Below, one piece after another: positions 36,074-48,035 of a stretch of DNA of 64,000 nucleotides (within the stretch, counting starts at the first letter, position 1; each line of letters starts with the position of its first letter). Below the pieces are notes generated by a model, which had not been told where the DNA came from, searched no databases, and saw nothing but the letters and a program-made list of their open reading frames with translations. The stretch is from Octopus sinensis (Eukaryota), in contig NW_021832222.1 in the NCBI RefSeq assembly GCF_006345805.1, positions 1 through 64,000 of the forward strand, in the 5' to 3' direction. A program made the position numbers and the translations under genes.

Positions 36074-39000
36074 ATGGTTTTTTCCTTGTCGAATCGTCTG
36101 TTTAACATCGGAGTTCACTACTTGGATGACAACAAATCATATTTCCAAATGAAAGTAAGTTTGCTTCTACGTCATTTCTATTCATTGGTGCATTTCCACA
36201 GCATGCCTTATTGATTATTAAAGAATGCATAGTTTGCCTACCACATGGCTGTCAATCAATTCATTTTATTATTATTCTTGATATTTTACATTTTTCAGGC
36301 CAGGGCACAGGGAAGTGAACTGTTTGACTGCATTTGCCACTTGTTGGGACTCGAGGATAAGGATTATTTTGGTCTCCAGTTCATCGACCGAAACGGAAAT
36401 TTGGTAAATAGGCGACTAATTAGTCCCGCTGATGTCTATTCACTAATTATAATGCATTATTATTGTTAGGCTTGGCTTGACAACGAGAAAACTTTGAAGA
36501 AACAAATTTGGCATTTAAAGAACCGAGAGCTACTTTTTAGAGTCAAATTTTATATCCCCGATCCTTCTTCCCTCGTAAATGAATTCACAAGGTCTGTCTT
36601 ATGGCCTCACTCTACAGATATCTATTTGCCCTTCAAATAGCAATAGATTTAAAGGCTGGGTACATTACTGGCAGTGACGATGAAGTGGCTCTACTGCTTT
36701 CATATATTCTCCAAGGTTGGGTTTTACATTTCAGTGTTCGCAGCTGACTTGGGAGATTATTGTGATGATAATTTTGAGAAAATTGATTTCGGTTGTAGTC
36801 TCCCTTCTGTAAATGATCAAATCGTTGAGCAATGCCTTGAATTTTACAAAATGAACACGTAAGTTTGGATTACCTACCAGCAGAGGAATGACAAAGGCTG
36901 AGGCCGACACTCAACTGCTTATGGCTAGCAAAAAACTGCATTCTTATGGCAAAAGATTTTATTCTTGTGAGGTTTCGAAGTTTTTTTTGATTTTTTAAAG
37001 AATTGTCCACCGACAAATAATCCACTCTGTATTTGTACCAGTTTTGCGGGGATCACAGTTTATGAGGATGATGTTCAACTAGTGGCCTATGAGTGGAAGT
37101 GTATTGACTCGGTAATCTTCAAAGGAAGGAGATTAGTGATTCTTTATCGTCTTTCTGACACTGATCAAGTGGTTGTCCAATTTCAATAGTGGCTAAAATA
37201 GAGCAATCGAGTTGATTATTTGTTTGAAGATGTCAATAAATGTCGAGCATATTGGAAAATTGTGTGGGAAAATTTATCTTTTTTTAAAGATATTGTACAA
37301 AAGAAGAATAGAAGGGTCGGTCGATCTGGGATTTTTAAGAGAGGATCTCGTTTCCGATACAGTGGAAGGACTTCTGCTGACATGGCTCGTATTGATCATT
37401 GTTTTTCACAAAATAATTTCGAAAGGTTTTTTTTACATTTGTGTTATTGCCAGATCACATTCCAACAGAATCAGTATGAACAAGACTCCTAAGATACCAA
37501 ATATTACTATTCCCTCTGTTGAAAGCAACGGTGATAGAGTTGATTGGTCTACTCCTCTTGTGTCCCAACAAGAATTGGACCAAATTCCAGTGCTTAGCGA
37601 GCTTTTGTCCGCAGACCACGAGTTTATTTAATTTATTTTATTAAAGCGTTGTGAACTGCATAGCCTTTGAAAGTATTCCCTGTGGAATGGCTGATAGGTT
37701 TATTTTTGGTTATATCATCATTAGCGAGAATTTAAATCCAGCGCCTACCAGAAAAAGGATTCTTCCTCTGTCTGAGCCGTTGACTGATATCAGTACGAAA
37801 CGCCCCTTCTTCCGATCTACGAATGCCCTGGCCAGCACTTCTGAATGTCCCCGCCCCATTGGACTAAACCGAACTGCATCACGTGGCTCAATATATAGTA
37901 AAAGACGGCTGATTAGAGCTGTGGGTCATGTTTTTCTATTTTCAGAACCAGTTGGAAGTTCCGCGAATTTATGAGATTTTGCAGGAGCTGTATGCTTCCG
38001 AATATGTCTACCACAAAGAGTTGGCGGTCATAGCTGTGGTTTGTATATGTTTCTATTGGCCATAGGATTTGATTGGTTTGATGGAGAAAGATACGGAAAT
38101 TTTTACGTTGACTAGTCAGTTTATTCCGCTAATGACACAACACGAGATTCTCAGTTCTTTAATCTCCCAGAATCTCGATCAAATGTTTTAATTATGAATA
38201 TAAATTGGTAGAAATATAAAAAATCTTGTCGAATGTGCCTCATCGTTTTTCTCAACAATCTTTGATTCTTTATATGTATTCATAACTTAACATTCTAGTT
38301 GTATTCTGATTATTTGTCATCACTGAATGTGCTGTTAAAGTTGTTCATGGAGACTTTGTCTGTTGATGATGCATTTGAGACTAATTGTGTCGCGTTGGGG
38401 CAACAGCTGTATATTCCTCTCGTCAGATTGTTTCTGCGGCCAATTCAGCAGCTCTTTTACTACCAGCTGATTATCGACGGTGAGATTTGTTTATTGATGG
38501 TGTTCAGGGATATGTAGTACTTCCATGTCAGACGAGGACCATGCTCTATTCCACTGTATATTGGCTATTTTATTAATTAGCGTTTTCTGGCCGTATTGAT
38601 CATCTTTTGGTTGAGTTTGACAGCCAAATACAGAATACTGTAATTACTCCATTATATCTTAGATCGAAACATTTTATGTTATGGAATTCGTTTCGCAGAT
38701 TGAAGGAATTGCTGAATTGTTGTCACCTCAACGAAGATTAGTCAGATTAGGTTTTATAACGCTTGATTCAACTCCCACCCTCTCAATCCTGGTTGTTTTG
38801 TTGTATTGGATCATAGTTTTCAAATTTGTTGATATTCTGCACTCCAATTGATGAGTCGGGAATTTTCAAGATTGCAGAAACAATTGAATTGGAGGATTTA
38901 TTGGTTGTATTGTGTTATTTTATTCTGAAGGCGAGTCCTCAGAGTGGATGTTTGTTTACATTTGCATGTAATTCGAGGGAAATGAGAGTGGAGACAAGGT

Positions 39001-39635
39001 TATATGATTAGGCATTCAATAATAGAACAATCGAGGACAAACAAGCCTGGGTCGGGGATATCAATCATTTGATTAATTCAAAACCCCAAAATTCTCCAGA
39101 GCTACCAAATTCTGAATATGCCCGGTTGTTTTGGCATTTATTTATGAAAAGTGTGAATCCTGTCCATTTCGAAGTTCGTCTGCTTCCCACTATGTGGAAA
39201 AATATGATGAGTTCCGTAACTCTTTCAGATTTGTTCAACTCCTTTAAAGTGCTTGTATTTTGATTGATTCAGGTCTCATTCGTTGGCTCCGTCTACCGGC
39301 AAACTAAACTTTCTAAGCAGAGATTTACTCTATTATTAAACAACTCTGTTCTTTACTTTTTTACAGACTATTTTTCGTCAAATTGCCAGGTCTGATGATT
39401 GGTTGCATATTTATAGTCTGGCTTGCCTGAATGTAAGCATAAACTGTCTATTCTCCGCGGGGAAGTGTCAATGCGTTCAGTTCAAAGTGAGACTGGGGAG
39501 AAATACCAGTTTTCAATCAAGGCGGAGGGGACGACCGTTGATTTGTATACGGAGACGAGATATTCTCAGAACAGGTTAGAATGAAGCATCATTTCTCTCA
39601 GGTGGGCCCTGTCCGTCGAGACGGCGGCGATTTAG
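36074..39635 (+). CDS. FARP: FERM, RhoGEF and PH domain protein (FARP-like)
   Basis: FERM (GLEDKDYFGLQF, WLDNEK, FRVKFY), FA (RGSRFRYSGRT), DH-like (ELYASEYVYHKELAVI, LFLRPIQQLFYY) and PH-like exons ending ...WALSVETAAI* (TAG 39633-39635). Confidence 0.85.
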
Positions 39636-39929
39636 TTGGTAAGTTTAACGAAACATTATTTTCATTTTTAATTTTTAAAATTTAATGATTAATTTTCCGA
39701 ATTTAACTAATTTCGTTATCTTTTGAATTATTGGTTTCTTTTATACTTTTTTATGTATCACGACTGACTTATAAATTACTTTATTTGAAGAATTTAATTA
39801 CGCTCAACTATTTTTTGGAGCCTTATCAATCCGATGACATTAACAGACAAATATGCCAACTTCCTATGACGTTTACATCTTAAAGCTGCAAATAAAGAAA
39901 GGTTATATTTAAACCGGAAGACTTTTGGA

Positions 39930-40510
39930 AAGGGATTTTTTTCAGTGCGTTGATACTAGATTTGGGTAAGCAGTTGGCTATATGCTTACGGAGATCGAGG
40001 GTTCTGCGTGGCATTAAACCAACCAAATGGAATTTGAACACAAACGTAGAATTTATTTCCTCAAATATGTACTCGTTCACAAAGAGAAGATAAATATTGA
40101 ATGTCTTGAGAACATTCAAAGGGACTATCTGCTGAATAAGATTAATGTTAACCGCTACATTCCATACTTTTCAAATGTAGAAATGACCAAAATGTCGATT
40201 TATTTTCTTTGTTAGAGTAGCCACTTAAAGTAAATAATTGCCCATAAAACGAAGCATTATGATTTATTTGAAAGATAGAAATTTATTTTTCGTATCACGG
40301 GATGATTATTTATTTGGCCAGTCAATGTGATCAAATGTTAAATAGCGTCTACCTCCGAAGACATAACAAAGTTCTACAGTGTATTCATTTTCATCTGTGC
40401 CGAATCCATGTAACTAAAAAATCAAGAAAGTTGAAGGGGTATTTTTTTCAGTCAATACTGTTAACACAAAATGTTAAAAACGGAGTTAATGCGTCAATTC
40501 TGACTTAACT
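39930..40510 (+). mobile_element. Degraded fragment of the R4/Dong-like family
   Basis: YLASQCDQMLNSVYLRRHNKVLQCIHFHLCRIH...SRKLKG closely matches 31040-31170. Confidence 0.8.
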
Positions 40511-40586
40511 GATTGCTAGTTTTTGAGAACCTTAAGTTTTTTCCATTTAAAAAGTATCATGTTTAAACATGGCATATTTCAAACTA

Positions 40587-41858
40587 CAATAAAGCCTCTC
40601 AAATCCGCCAATTTCGGGAATCGGCAAAATCTGGCGGATTCGAGAGACTTATCGATTTTTTAATCCATTAAAAATTTAAATTATTAGGCCAAAAAATTAA
40701 TTAAAACAAAAATAATCAGTAAGTTTCGACTTGTTTCTTTTTCGAGTTTGGATTATTGAAGATCCAATGTTTTCAATATACTCAAGATTTTCTATATTAA
40801 AGAATTCTTGATTACTGAACTCTTTTAATTTGTTTAAAGCGATAAAAGCCTGACTTATAAGAGAGCCTGATAGTAACAACTTTCTGACTTTGTTCACACG
40901 GTTCTTCGCTAATTTCTTGATATATTTTTTCTGAATTATTTAATTCAAGTTCTTCACTTTCGTTATATTCAATCTCAATATAAAGACTCTCTTCTAATGG
41001 ATCAATAATATCCATTTTTTCCAGAATATGGTCATAATTTTATTAATATTTTCATTGTTTTGAGTCCATTTTGCATGAGTGAAACAATTTAAAATTAAGG
41101 AACTTTCTATTTTGTTCCAAGCATAATATGTGAATAATATTGAATCTTTTATGCTTAGTTGCTTGTGTGCAACATAGGGGTTTGTTCAATTTTTTGAATT
41201 ATATTAGACAATTTTAGAGAATTGAAGTTACATTTATATGATTTAATTATACCCTGATTCATGGGATGTAAAAAAGATGTTGTATTAGGTGGTAGAAATA
41301 ACATCTCAATTTGTTTTAATTCAATCAATACCTAATGTAAATTTAATGAAATTCACCTTATGTGCAGGAGATTGATCTACAACAAGTAAAATTTTTCTAT
41401 CTTGTTTTCGCAATTCTATTAACTATTTTAATAGAAATTGATTAAAAATTCTGCTATCCATCCATGCTCTCTTTGAATTTGAATATATAACATATTTTTA
41501 ATATCAAAATTCTTGAAACATCTTGGATTTTTAAACAACCCAATTAGTAAGGGTGTTCGCTTATCTGTACCGTCCACATTTGTACATAACATGACTGAAA
41601 CTCTGTCTTTCAGGACTTTATAGCCAGATTTAATGGTTTTACAAACACTCTTAGACGGTATCATTTTTTAAAATAAGCCAATTTCATCGGCATTATAAAC
41701 ATTTTGAGTCAGTAATAATCCTATCATTTAAAATGGCTCGAAGGTTAGCGTGTGTGCGGGACTGAAAAGGCAGGAATGCCGAAGGTCTTTGTCTATCTTC
41801 TACTAACAGGCTGTTTTTTAAATTTTTCCTTGTATGGCGGATTCAAGAGACTTTACTG
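40587..41858 (-). mobile_element. Second pogo/Tigger element of a different family, degraded
   Basis: 24-bp TIRs CAATAAAGCCTCTCAAATCCGCCA / CAGTAAAGTCTCTTGAATCCGCCA (4 mismatches), flanked by TA. VYNADEIGL, KDRVSVMLCTNVDGTDK, FLPPNTTS, LTDYF. Confidence 0.88.
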
Positions 41859-42541
41859 TATATTTTTTCATTTAAATCCTGTATGCAATTTAACTACTTA
41901 AACACTTATTTATTCAATACTAATTTACAAAATCGGCACTTGTCTTTGGTTATCAATTCGGATTTATTCTCTTATTCACTTTGTTTATTTCAAAAAAAGT
42001 GAATAATAAGTAATCAATTTTAGTTAATTAATCAATAAATATTTAATGTATCGACTAGAAGTTAACAAAGCCATCCATCCGAAGTAGATTAGACTGCGAT
42101 ATTTTAGACTTACTGCAAACTTCTAATTTTTCTTAAGTATGATTAAATGTTGTTCAAATGATCAAATAGTGACAGTTTTGTTATATAAGAGGTGGAATAA
42201 GGTAATTTCATGAGCATATATGCAACCATTTATTCACTATTTCTACCCATCTCTTATTTTCGCGTATAATCAAAAATCCTACTAATTTCATTTCTGAATC
42301 AATTAAGTCAATTATGAATAATATTTCTAAACAGTAGATAAAGAATATAAAATGGAAATTTCTAACCTAAGATTTCACCAATAGTTAAAACCAAGTAAGA
42401 AATTTTGTAAAAACCAATTTTTGTATACTAGTATAATTCATTTATGAAATCTGACCACGTAATAAACAAAATCAAATTTAAATCAATATTAAATAAATTG
42501 TTGCCAATCAACGAGTATGGCTAGTCGGGAAATTTAATTAA

Positions 42542-43996
42542 ATGTCTATAATATCACTACAGATTGGGCAATGTGGGAACCAGATTGGGGATGCCTTTTT
42601 TTCCACTTTGGTTGATGATTTAAGCGAGAGAAAAACTGGATGTAGAAAACAAGACAATCTTAAATTTGCCACAAAAGTATGTTCTCAGTTTTTTCGCGAA
42701 TCTGCGGACGGGAAAAAACTTATAGCAAATGCAATCCAAATAGACATGGAAAGAAAGGCATGTCTTTTCTACTAAAAATTAGGTAATAAAAAGAATAAAA
42801 TCTTCAAAAAATCGAATTTGGGCTTATTCTAATTTAAATTGTTTTTACGGAGATTTTGGGTGCGGAAATAATTGGGCAAATGGATTTTACGGATATGGAC
42901 GAGAACACTCCCTTCAAGTATTTATATTTAGTAATAGATTGTAGATTATGGATATAGTCCAGAAAGAAGTGGAAAGATTTGATAAAATTGAAGGATTTTT
43001 AGTCAATATGAGTGTCGCCGGTGGAACGGGTTCTGGACTTGGTTCTCTAATAACCCAACAGCTTTGCGACAGTTATAAACACAGTCCAATAATAAATCAA
43101 GTCTATTTATATAAAAATGATAAAACAGATTGTTTGGCCGTTCAGTAGTGGAGAAGTGAGTGTACAGGCATACAACACATTGCTTACACTTTCTTCTCTC
43201 TACGATAATTCTGACGCACTTTTAGTAGTCGAAAACGATGGGATCAGAAAATTATCATCTCGATATGCTGGATATCAAAGAATTTCTAGCAAAAATCCAA
43301 TTGGATTCCAAATGATTAATAAAGTAATATCGAGACAATTTGCCTCCGTCATTCTCCCAGCGGGTCACATTGACTTGGAACAAGGTCCTACAAAACTGAG
43401 TCATTCCTTAAGTTTTTATTTTGATTTGTAAGTCTCATAGACAGAATTCTAGAATGCGTTGCTCCAAACCCTCAATTCAAACTATTAAACATTCGCAGTG
43501 TTCCTCACACAAGTTATTCTTCTGCCGAATACGAATTCCATCAATGGGATGGACTGGTGCGTTACCTCCGTCAAATGCTCGCCTCGAATTCCCACATAGA
43601 CCAGGGTAAAGAACATAATAAATTTTAGAAACTAATTGGTCTGCGTTATCATCCAGGGCACTAAGTTCAATGTTATTCCTACGAGGAAACGAAATCCATC
43701 GCTTTAATACAAATATTCTCAATTCGTCACATGGATGTCGATACGGGGCATTTGGGGACTCTTTAACAGTGTGGGCCAGCCCAAGAAGTTTGGGAGAAAG
43801 TGACAAGTTTGCAAGTGTTTTAACAAATGGACAATCCCTTCTGCCCTCTTTAAAGAGTATTGTAGAGAAGGCATGGCTTATGTTCTCCTTCCGAGCATTT
43901 GTCCATCAATATGAAAGGCAGGGAATGGAGACAGAAGAATTTGACCGAGCCTTCGATCATTTGGAGCTTATTTTGAAAAATTATAGCAAATTGTGA
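42542..43996 (+). CDS. TUBD1: Delta-tubulin
   Basis: MSIISLQIGQCGNQIG, IDMERK|VI, GNNWANGF, MSVAGGTGSGLGS, VWPFSSGEVSVQAYNTLLTL and KAWLMFSFRAFVHQY. Confidence 0.93.
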
Positions 43997-44049
43997 CATT
44001 TTTTAATGTATGATATTTATTTAGAACAAAATGCGATTAGTGAAGTTGG

Positions 44050-44302
44050 TTAGATTCGAAATCCTAATTTGCGTAGGCATTCCAAATGTTGTTGAATCAC
44101 TTCTTGGCAATTTTCTTGGCCATGTTCGGCAATACTGGAAACTAATAATTCATTATTGGGACCAGTTGTCTCGCAGTGTCTTGGTTTCTGGACAAGCACA
44201 GCACATGCTTAGTTTTTCCCCATTTTCTAGTATTATTTCGTTGCAGTTTTTTTTCTTTCCAGAATTTTGTTCTACAGGAAATCAAAACGTGAGAAAACCC
44301 AT
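44050..44302 (-). CDS. COX17: Cytochrome c oxidase copper chaperone COX17
   Basis: Spliced: M|EQNSG...LSMCCACPETKTLRDNC|IAEHGQENCQEVIQQHLECLRKLGFRI*. Contains the CCxC motif and twin CX9C. The first coding exon is only ATGG. Confidence 0.93.
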
Positions 44303-44427
44303 TTAATTAGTAACTAGCGATGAATAAATTTATTTAAAAATTAACAAGTTTTTTTCTAGCTTTAATCCAAAATAAAATAAATCAGATAACATATTACTTT
44401 GCTCTCTTGTGGGTCATCGATTATCCA

Positions 44428-45563
44428 ATGTCACGAAGACGGTTTTTACAATAATAGTATATTAAAAAATTAAGGAATGATTTATTACATTGCCAAAAAC
44501 ACCCAAACGCTATATTAGTCGAAAACTATACAGCTGGGGACATGGTTTGCCCAAAATGTGGTCTGGTTGTTGGAGACAGGTATTTGCCAACCACAAATCA
44601 GAATAATTGACGTCGGTTCTGAATGGAGATCATTCAATACGGAGTCGGGGAGTAAGAATGCCTCGCGAGTTGGGGAGGAAGAAGTAGCCAAAATATATGC
44701 CCAATAGTGCGAAGGAAGTGGGGAACGTGCATGATTTGTCGACAATGATAACATACGCGGCCAACACAACGGCCTACAACGCAGATGGGTCATATACCTA
44801 CAAGAACAGGCCAAATGTAAGTGCATGTGGCAATGGATAGCAATCGTCGGAAAGTCGTGCGATGGCTCGGGAAATAAAGCAAATAAAGCAGATTTGTGAT
44901 TATCTCCACTTGCCTGAGTCGATAGCAGTATTAGTCAGTGTGTAGTGGGAGAATAGGGGGAATATTGTGTTCAGACAAGTACAGCAGTCCAGAATGATGA
45001 AAGGACGCAATTCGAATGTGATGGCAGCTGCCTGTACATACATTGGGTGTAGACAGGAAGAAGTCCCCCGTTCACTCAAAGGTCACTTGTGTGTTTATAT
45101 GGCAGAAATAAGTTCTGTGACTGGCATCCCCACAAAGGACATTTCCAAGATGTACAGAATGATTGTCCGAATTGTGGATACTTCCACCATCAACAGAGTG
45201 GCGGCTGCTGATTTGACTGTCTGATTGTTTAGTTGTATGTGACAGATGCGGTATTGCTGTACTCTTGATTTGGATATGAAAGTGCAGCAGACGGCCTTCA
45301 GTATTGCCAACAAGGCAGAACTTATAAATATTGTCACTGGGAGGTCTCCTATTTCGATTGCTGCGGCCTCCATATACATGTCCTGTTTGGTCCATTCTGT
45401 CCGAAAGACACCGAAAGGTTGGGTTATGTGATTTGTGGTAGAAGTGAGCGAGGCTTGTGGGGTTGCTGAGGGGACTGTCCGCATTATTTTCAAGATTATG
45501 GTCTCCAAGGAACGGGAGTTGCTGCCTAAGGGGACTGTCATCTCTAATCTTGGTTCTGAGTAG
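44428..45563 (+). CDS. GTF2B: General transcription factor TFIIB
   Basis: [30 protein letters not shown]|[45 protein letters not shown] and [12 protein letters not shown] 45561-45563. Confidence 0.93.
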
Positions 45564-45642
45564 TCTTTATTTAAATGTTGTCTTATTTTTAATGTTAATT
45601 AAACTAAGTTATTTATTTGAATTTTGGGTTCATTTTGTGCTC

Positions 45643-46857
45643 ATGTGCGAATATCTTGCATGGCCTCATCAAGTTGCAGTGCTCAAGCATGTCAGTTTTT
45701 CAAATCTGATAAAATTCCGTGTTGTCTGTCGGCGATGGAAAAAATATATTGATAACATATTAAGTGTCCGGAGAAATAGATTTTTGAAGATTTTAAGGAC
45801 CCCTGAATTACTTTGCCACGAGTGTATCTCTCTCGACCACTTCAAGACAGTGATGGTCCACGAACATCAGGTTTGTGTCATAAACGACATTATTTATCGT
45901 TTCGGAGGACGTTATCAGAACAGATATTCCAATATTTTCGATTGCCTTTCTCTAAAAAATCCCGAAAAGTGGATTAATGTAGAAGTATGTGGCACAGTTC
46001 GACCACCGCCGACGTCTAATGGCCAAATTAAGGCATTTGGGGAGGACGGAGAGGATCCTTTTATTGTGCTCACGTGCAGCAAGGTGTTTAGAGAATCTCG
46101 TTTTTCTCCAGAAATAAACCATTCTTTGCATGCGACTGTCTATTTGTTTAAAATACGAGATAAATGCTGGACTAAATTCGAATTGCCCTTGTTGAAGGAC
46201 GCCTCGAAATATTCCGCCATTTTTATTGGCAAACGAATTGTTTTCCATGGGCATATTTACTCCCCGGAAATTCCCACCTCGTATATAATCTGTGTGTTTG
46301 ATATTGAAACAAATTCTTTTACTTCCTACCGTACAAATGGACTGCCTTCTCAGGAGGCGCCTTGTTTTGTTGCTCATAATGACAGAATTTTCACATTCCC
46401 GGCTTACACTGGCTTTGATAGAGATCCCAATGGTCTGTTTGTTGATATATTGACTTTTGATTGGTCAAATTATTCCGTTTGTTTAGAAACGGTGTCGATT
46501 TCTGTCAGTTTGTATTCGAGTTTGCCTCGTATATGTTTTGAACAGTTGGGTGAGGCATGTTTGTCACTTTATCCGGATAATGAGTCCTCAATCAATGTGA
46601 GATATCCCATTTATAGAAGAGAAGAGGGAAGTTGTTTTGTCAGTCCAGTAATGGGGATCGGAATGGATGTTACTTTGTTTAATCCTTCATTTTGTACTAC
46701 GATGGATTCATCTTGTGTACAAAACAAGAAAATGTTTTTTAAAACTGAACTATTTTGTAAGAGTGTTGCATTCGTCCCGTATTTTGACTGTCTTTATGCA
46801 GTCTGCTGTGTGAGTGATGTAAACTGCTTAAAACGTGCTGTTTATTATATTTATTAA
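45643..46857 (+). CDS. F-box/Kelch-like protein (FBXO42-like), single exon
   Basis: F-box-like WPHQVAVLKHVSFSNLIKFRVVCRRWK. Kelch-like HQVCVINDIIYRFGG and GTVRPPP. Uninterrupted ORF from ATG 45643. Confidence 0.65.
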   Translation: MCEYLAWPHQVAVLKHVSFSNLIKFRVVCRRWKKYIDNILSVRRNRFLKILRTPELLCHECISLDHFKTVMVHEHQVCVINDIIYRFGGRYQNRYSNIFDCLSLKNPEKWINVEVCGTVRPPPTSNGQIKAFGEDGEDPFIVLTCSKVFRESRFSPEINHSLHATVYLFKIRDKCWTKFELPLLKDASKYSAIFIGKRIVFHGHIYSPEIPTSYIICVFDIETNSFTSYRTNGLPSQEAPCFVAHNDRIFTFPAYTGFDRDPNGLFVDILTFDWSNYSVCLETVSISVSLYSSLPRICFEQLGEACLSLYPDNESSINVRYPIYRREEGSCFVSPVMGIGMDVTLFNPSFCTTMDSSCVQNKKMFFKTELFCKSVAFVPYFDCLYAVCCVSDVNCLKRAVYYIY

Positions 46858-46999
46858 TTTTTTCATGTTGAAATTATGTTGATATTTGTTTTTAAACAGT
46901 TGATTGGAATGTAATTTTCATTATGTTTTTTTAATCCAGGAAGGCGGAGGGATTTGTAAGTATGATAAAATGTTGAGCAGCGACTATATTCTAAGCCAT

Positions 47000-47950
47000 A
47001 ACTATTAAAAAGTGATCCAAACTTAAATAAGTGTTTCTCCCTTTGTCTGCCACATAAAGTTGGAATTTGTTATTTTGGATATATTTATACATGGAATGTG
47101 TAGCATCACATTTATCGTTATATAACCATTGATGACATGAACAGAGTAAGTTTTCATTCTTTTTGACAATTAAAAAAAGTAAAAATTGCACTTATTTCCA
47201 TCGATACCATCACTTTTCATGCATTAGGCTTCGTGGTTTCACATCCCTGTAGTTTTCTTTACCCAAATGGTCTTTTTGCTTTTCTGACATGAAACATCAA
47301 TCTACTCTACTGGACCTCGTTATAATAAAATCATCATGTCGAGAAGTTCAAGGGATCTCACTGCTTTTTGCTTGTTTGGTTTCATTGTAACTGAACTATA
47401 TCCCGAGTCACAACTTTTATAAATTTTTTTTCCTAAATTGCCAAGACACGACTGTTTTGAAGTCTTTCGTAAAATACAGCAAATTTGTTCGATGAAAATT
47501 GTTCGTTAACTAGACAATTTTTGCGCAATGCCATTTCGGAATTTTTGAGGAAGCTTTTCTTCTGTAAAATTCTTTTTTACAAAAATAAAGATGGCGGAAC
47601 CAGCACTATTGACTGTTTTTGGAGTATTTAGAAAAGCATTAAATTTGCTCAAAAAAATTTATTAAACAGCGGCAAATTTTGGATCTGAGTGCGACAAACA
47701 ATTAAGACAATGTTTAAAAAGGAGACTCCCCTGACTCAACCTAGATGACGCAATGATTGATACTCCCACAAAACGGTTTTTTAAGATATCTGCTTGAGAA
47801 TCCCCGCAGTTAATTATCATTAGATACTACTTTGTTGTCACTATTTACCATTTTCCCACATTTTTTGTAAGATCTGAGTGCCTTTCTCTAAAAAAATTGC
47901 CTTCATTGCAACAATTATCCACTTTGTTTTAATAATCAGACAAAATGAAA
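47000..47950 (-). mobile_element. Highly decayed piggyBac-like transposase relic
   Basis: Minus-strand fragments VNEQF, KIYKSCDS and YYNEV..RVD occur in the order of the piggyBac VDEQL / IKxxxxCD / YNxxxxGVD motifs. No TIRs found. Confidence 0.4.
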
Positions 47951-48035
47951 CAGAACATGTACGATATTATGTCTATTCTTTTAAGAATGATAATATTTGT
48001 GAATGAATGGTTAGTATTAGTTAGATTATGGTTAT

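Noticed and set aside
45457-45642. N-terminal extension of the 466-aa ORF
   Set aside because: It overlaps the last TFIIB exon in another frame and begins at a non-ATG codon. F-box homology starts at ATG 45643.
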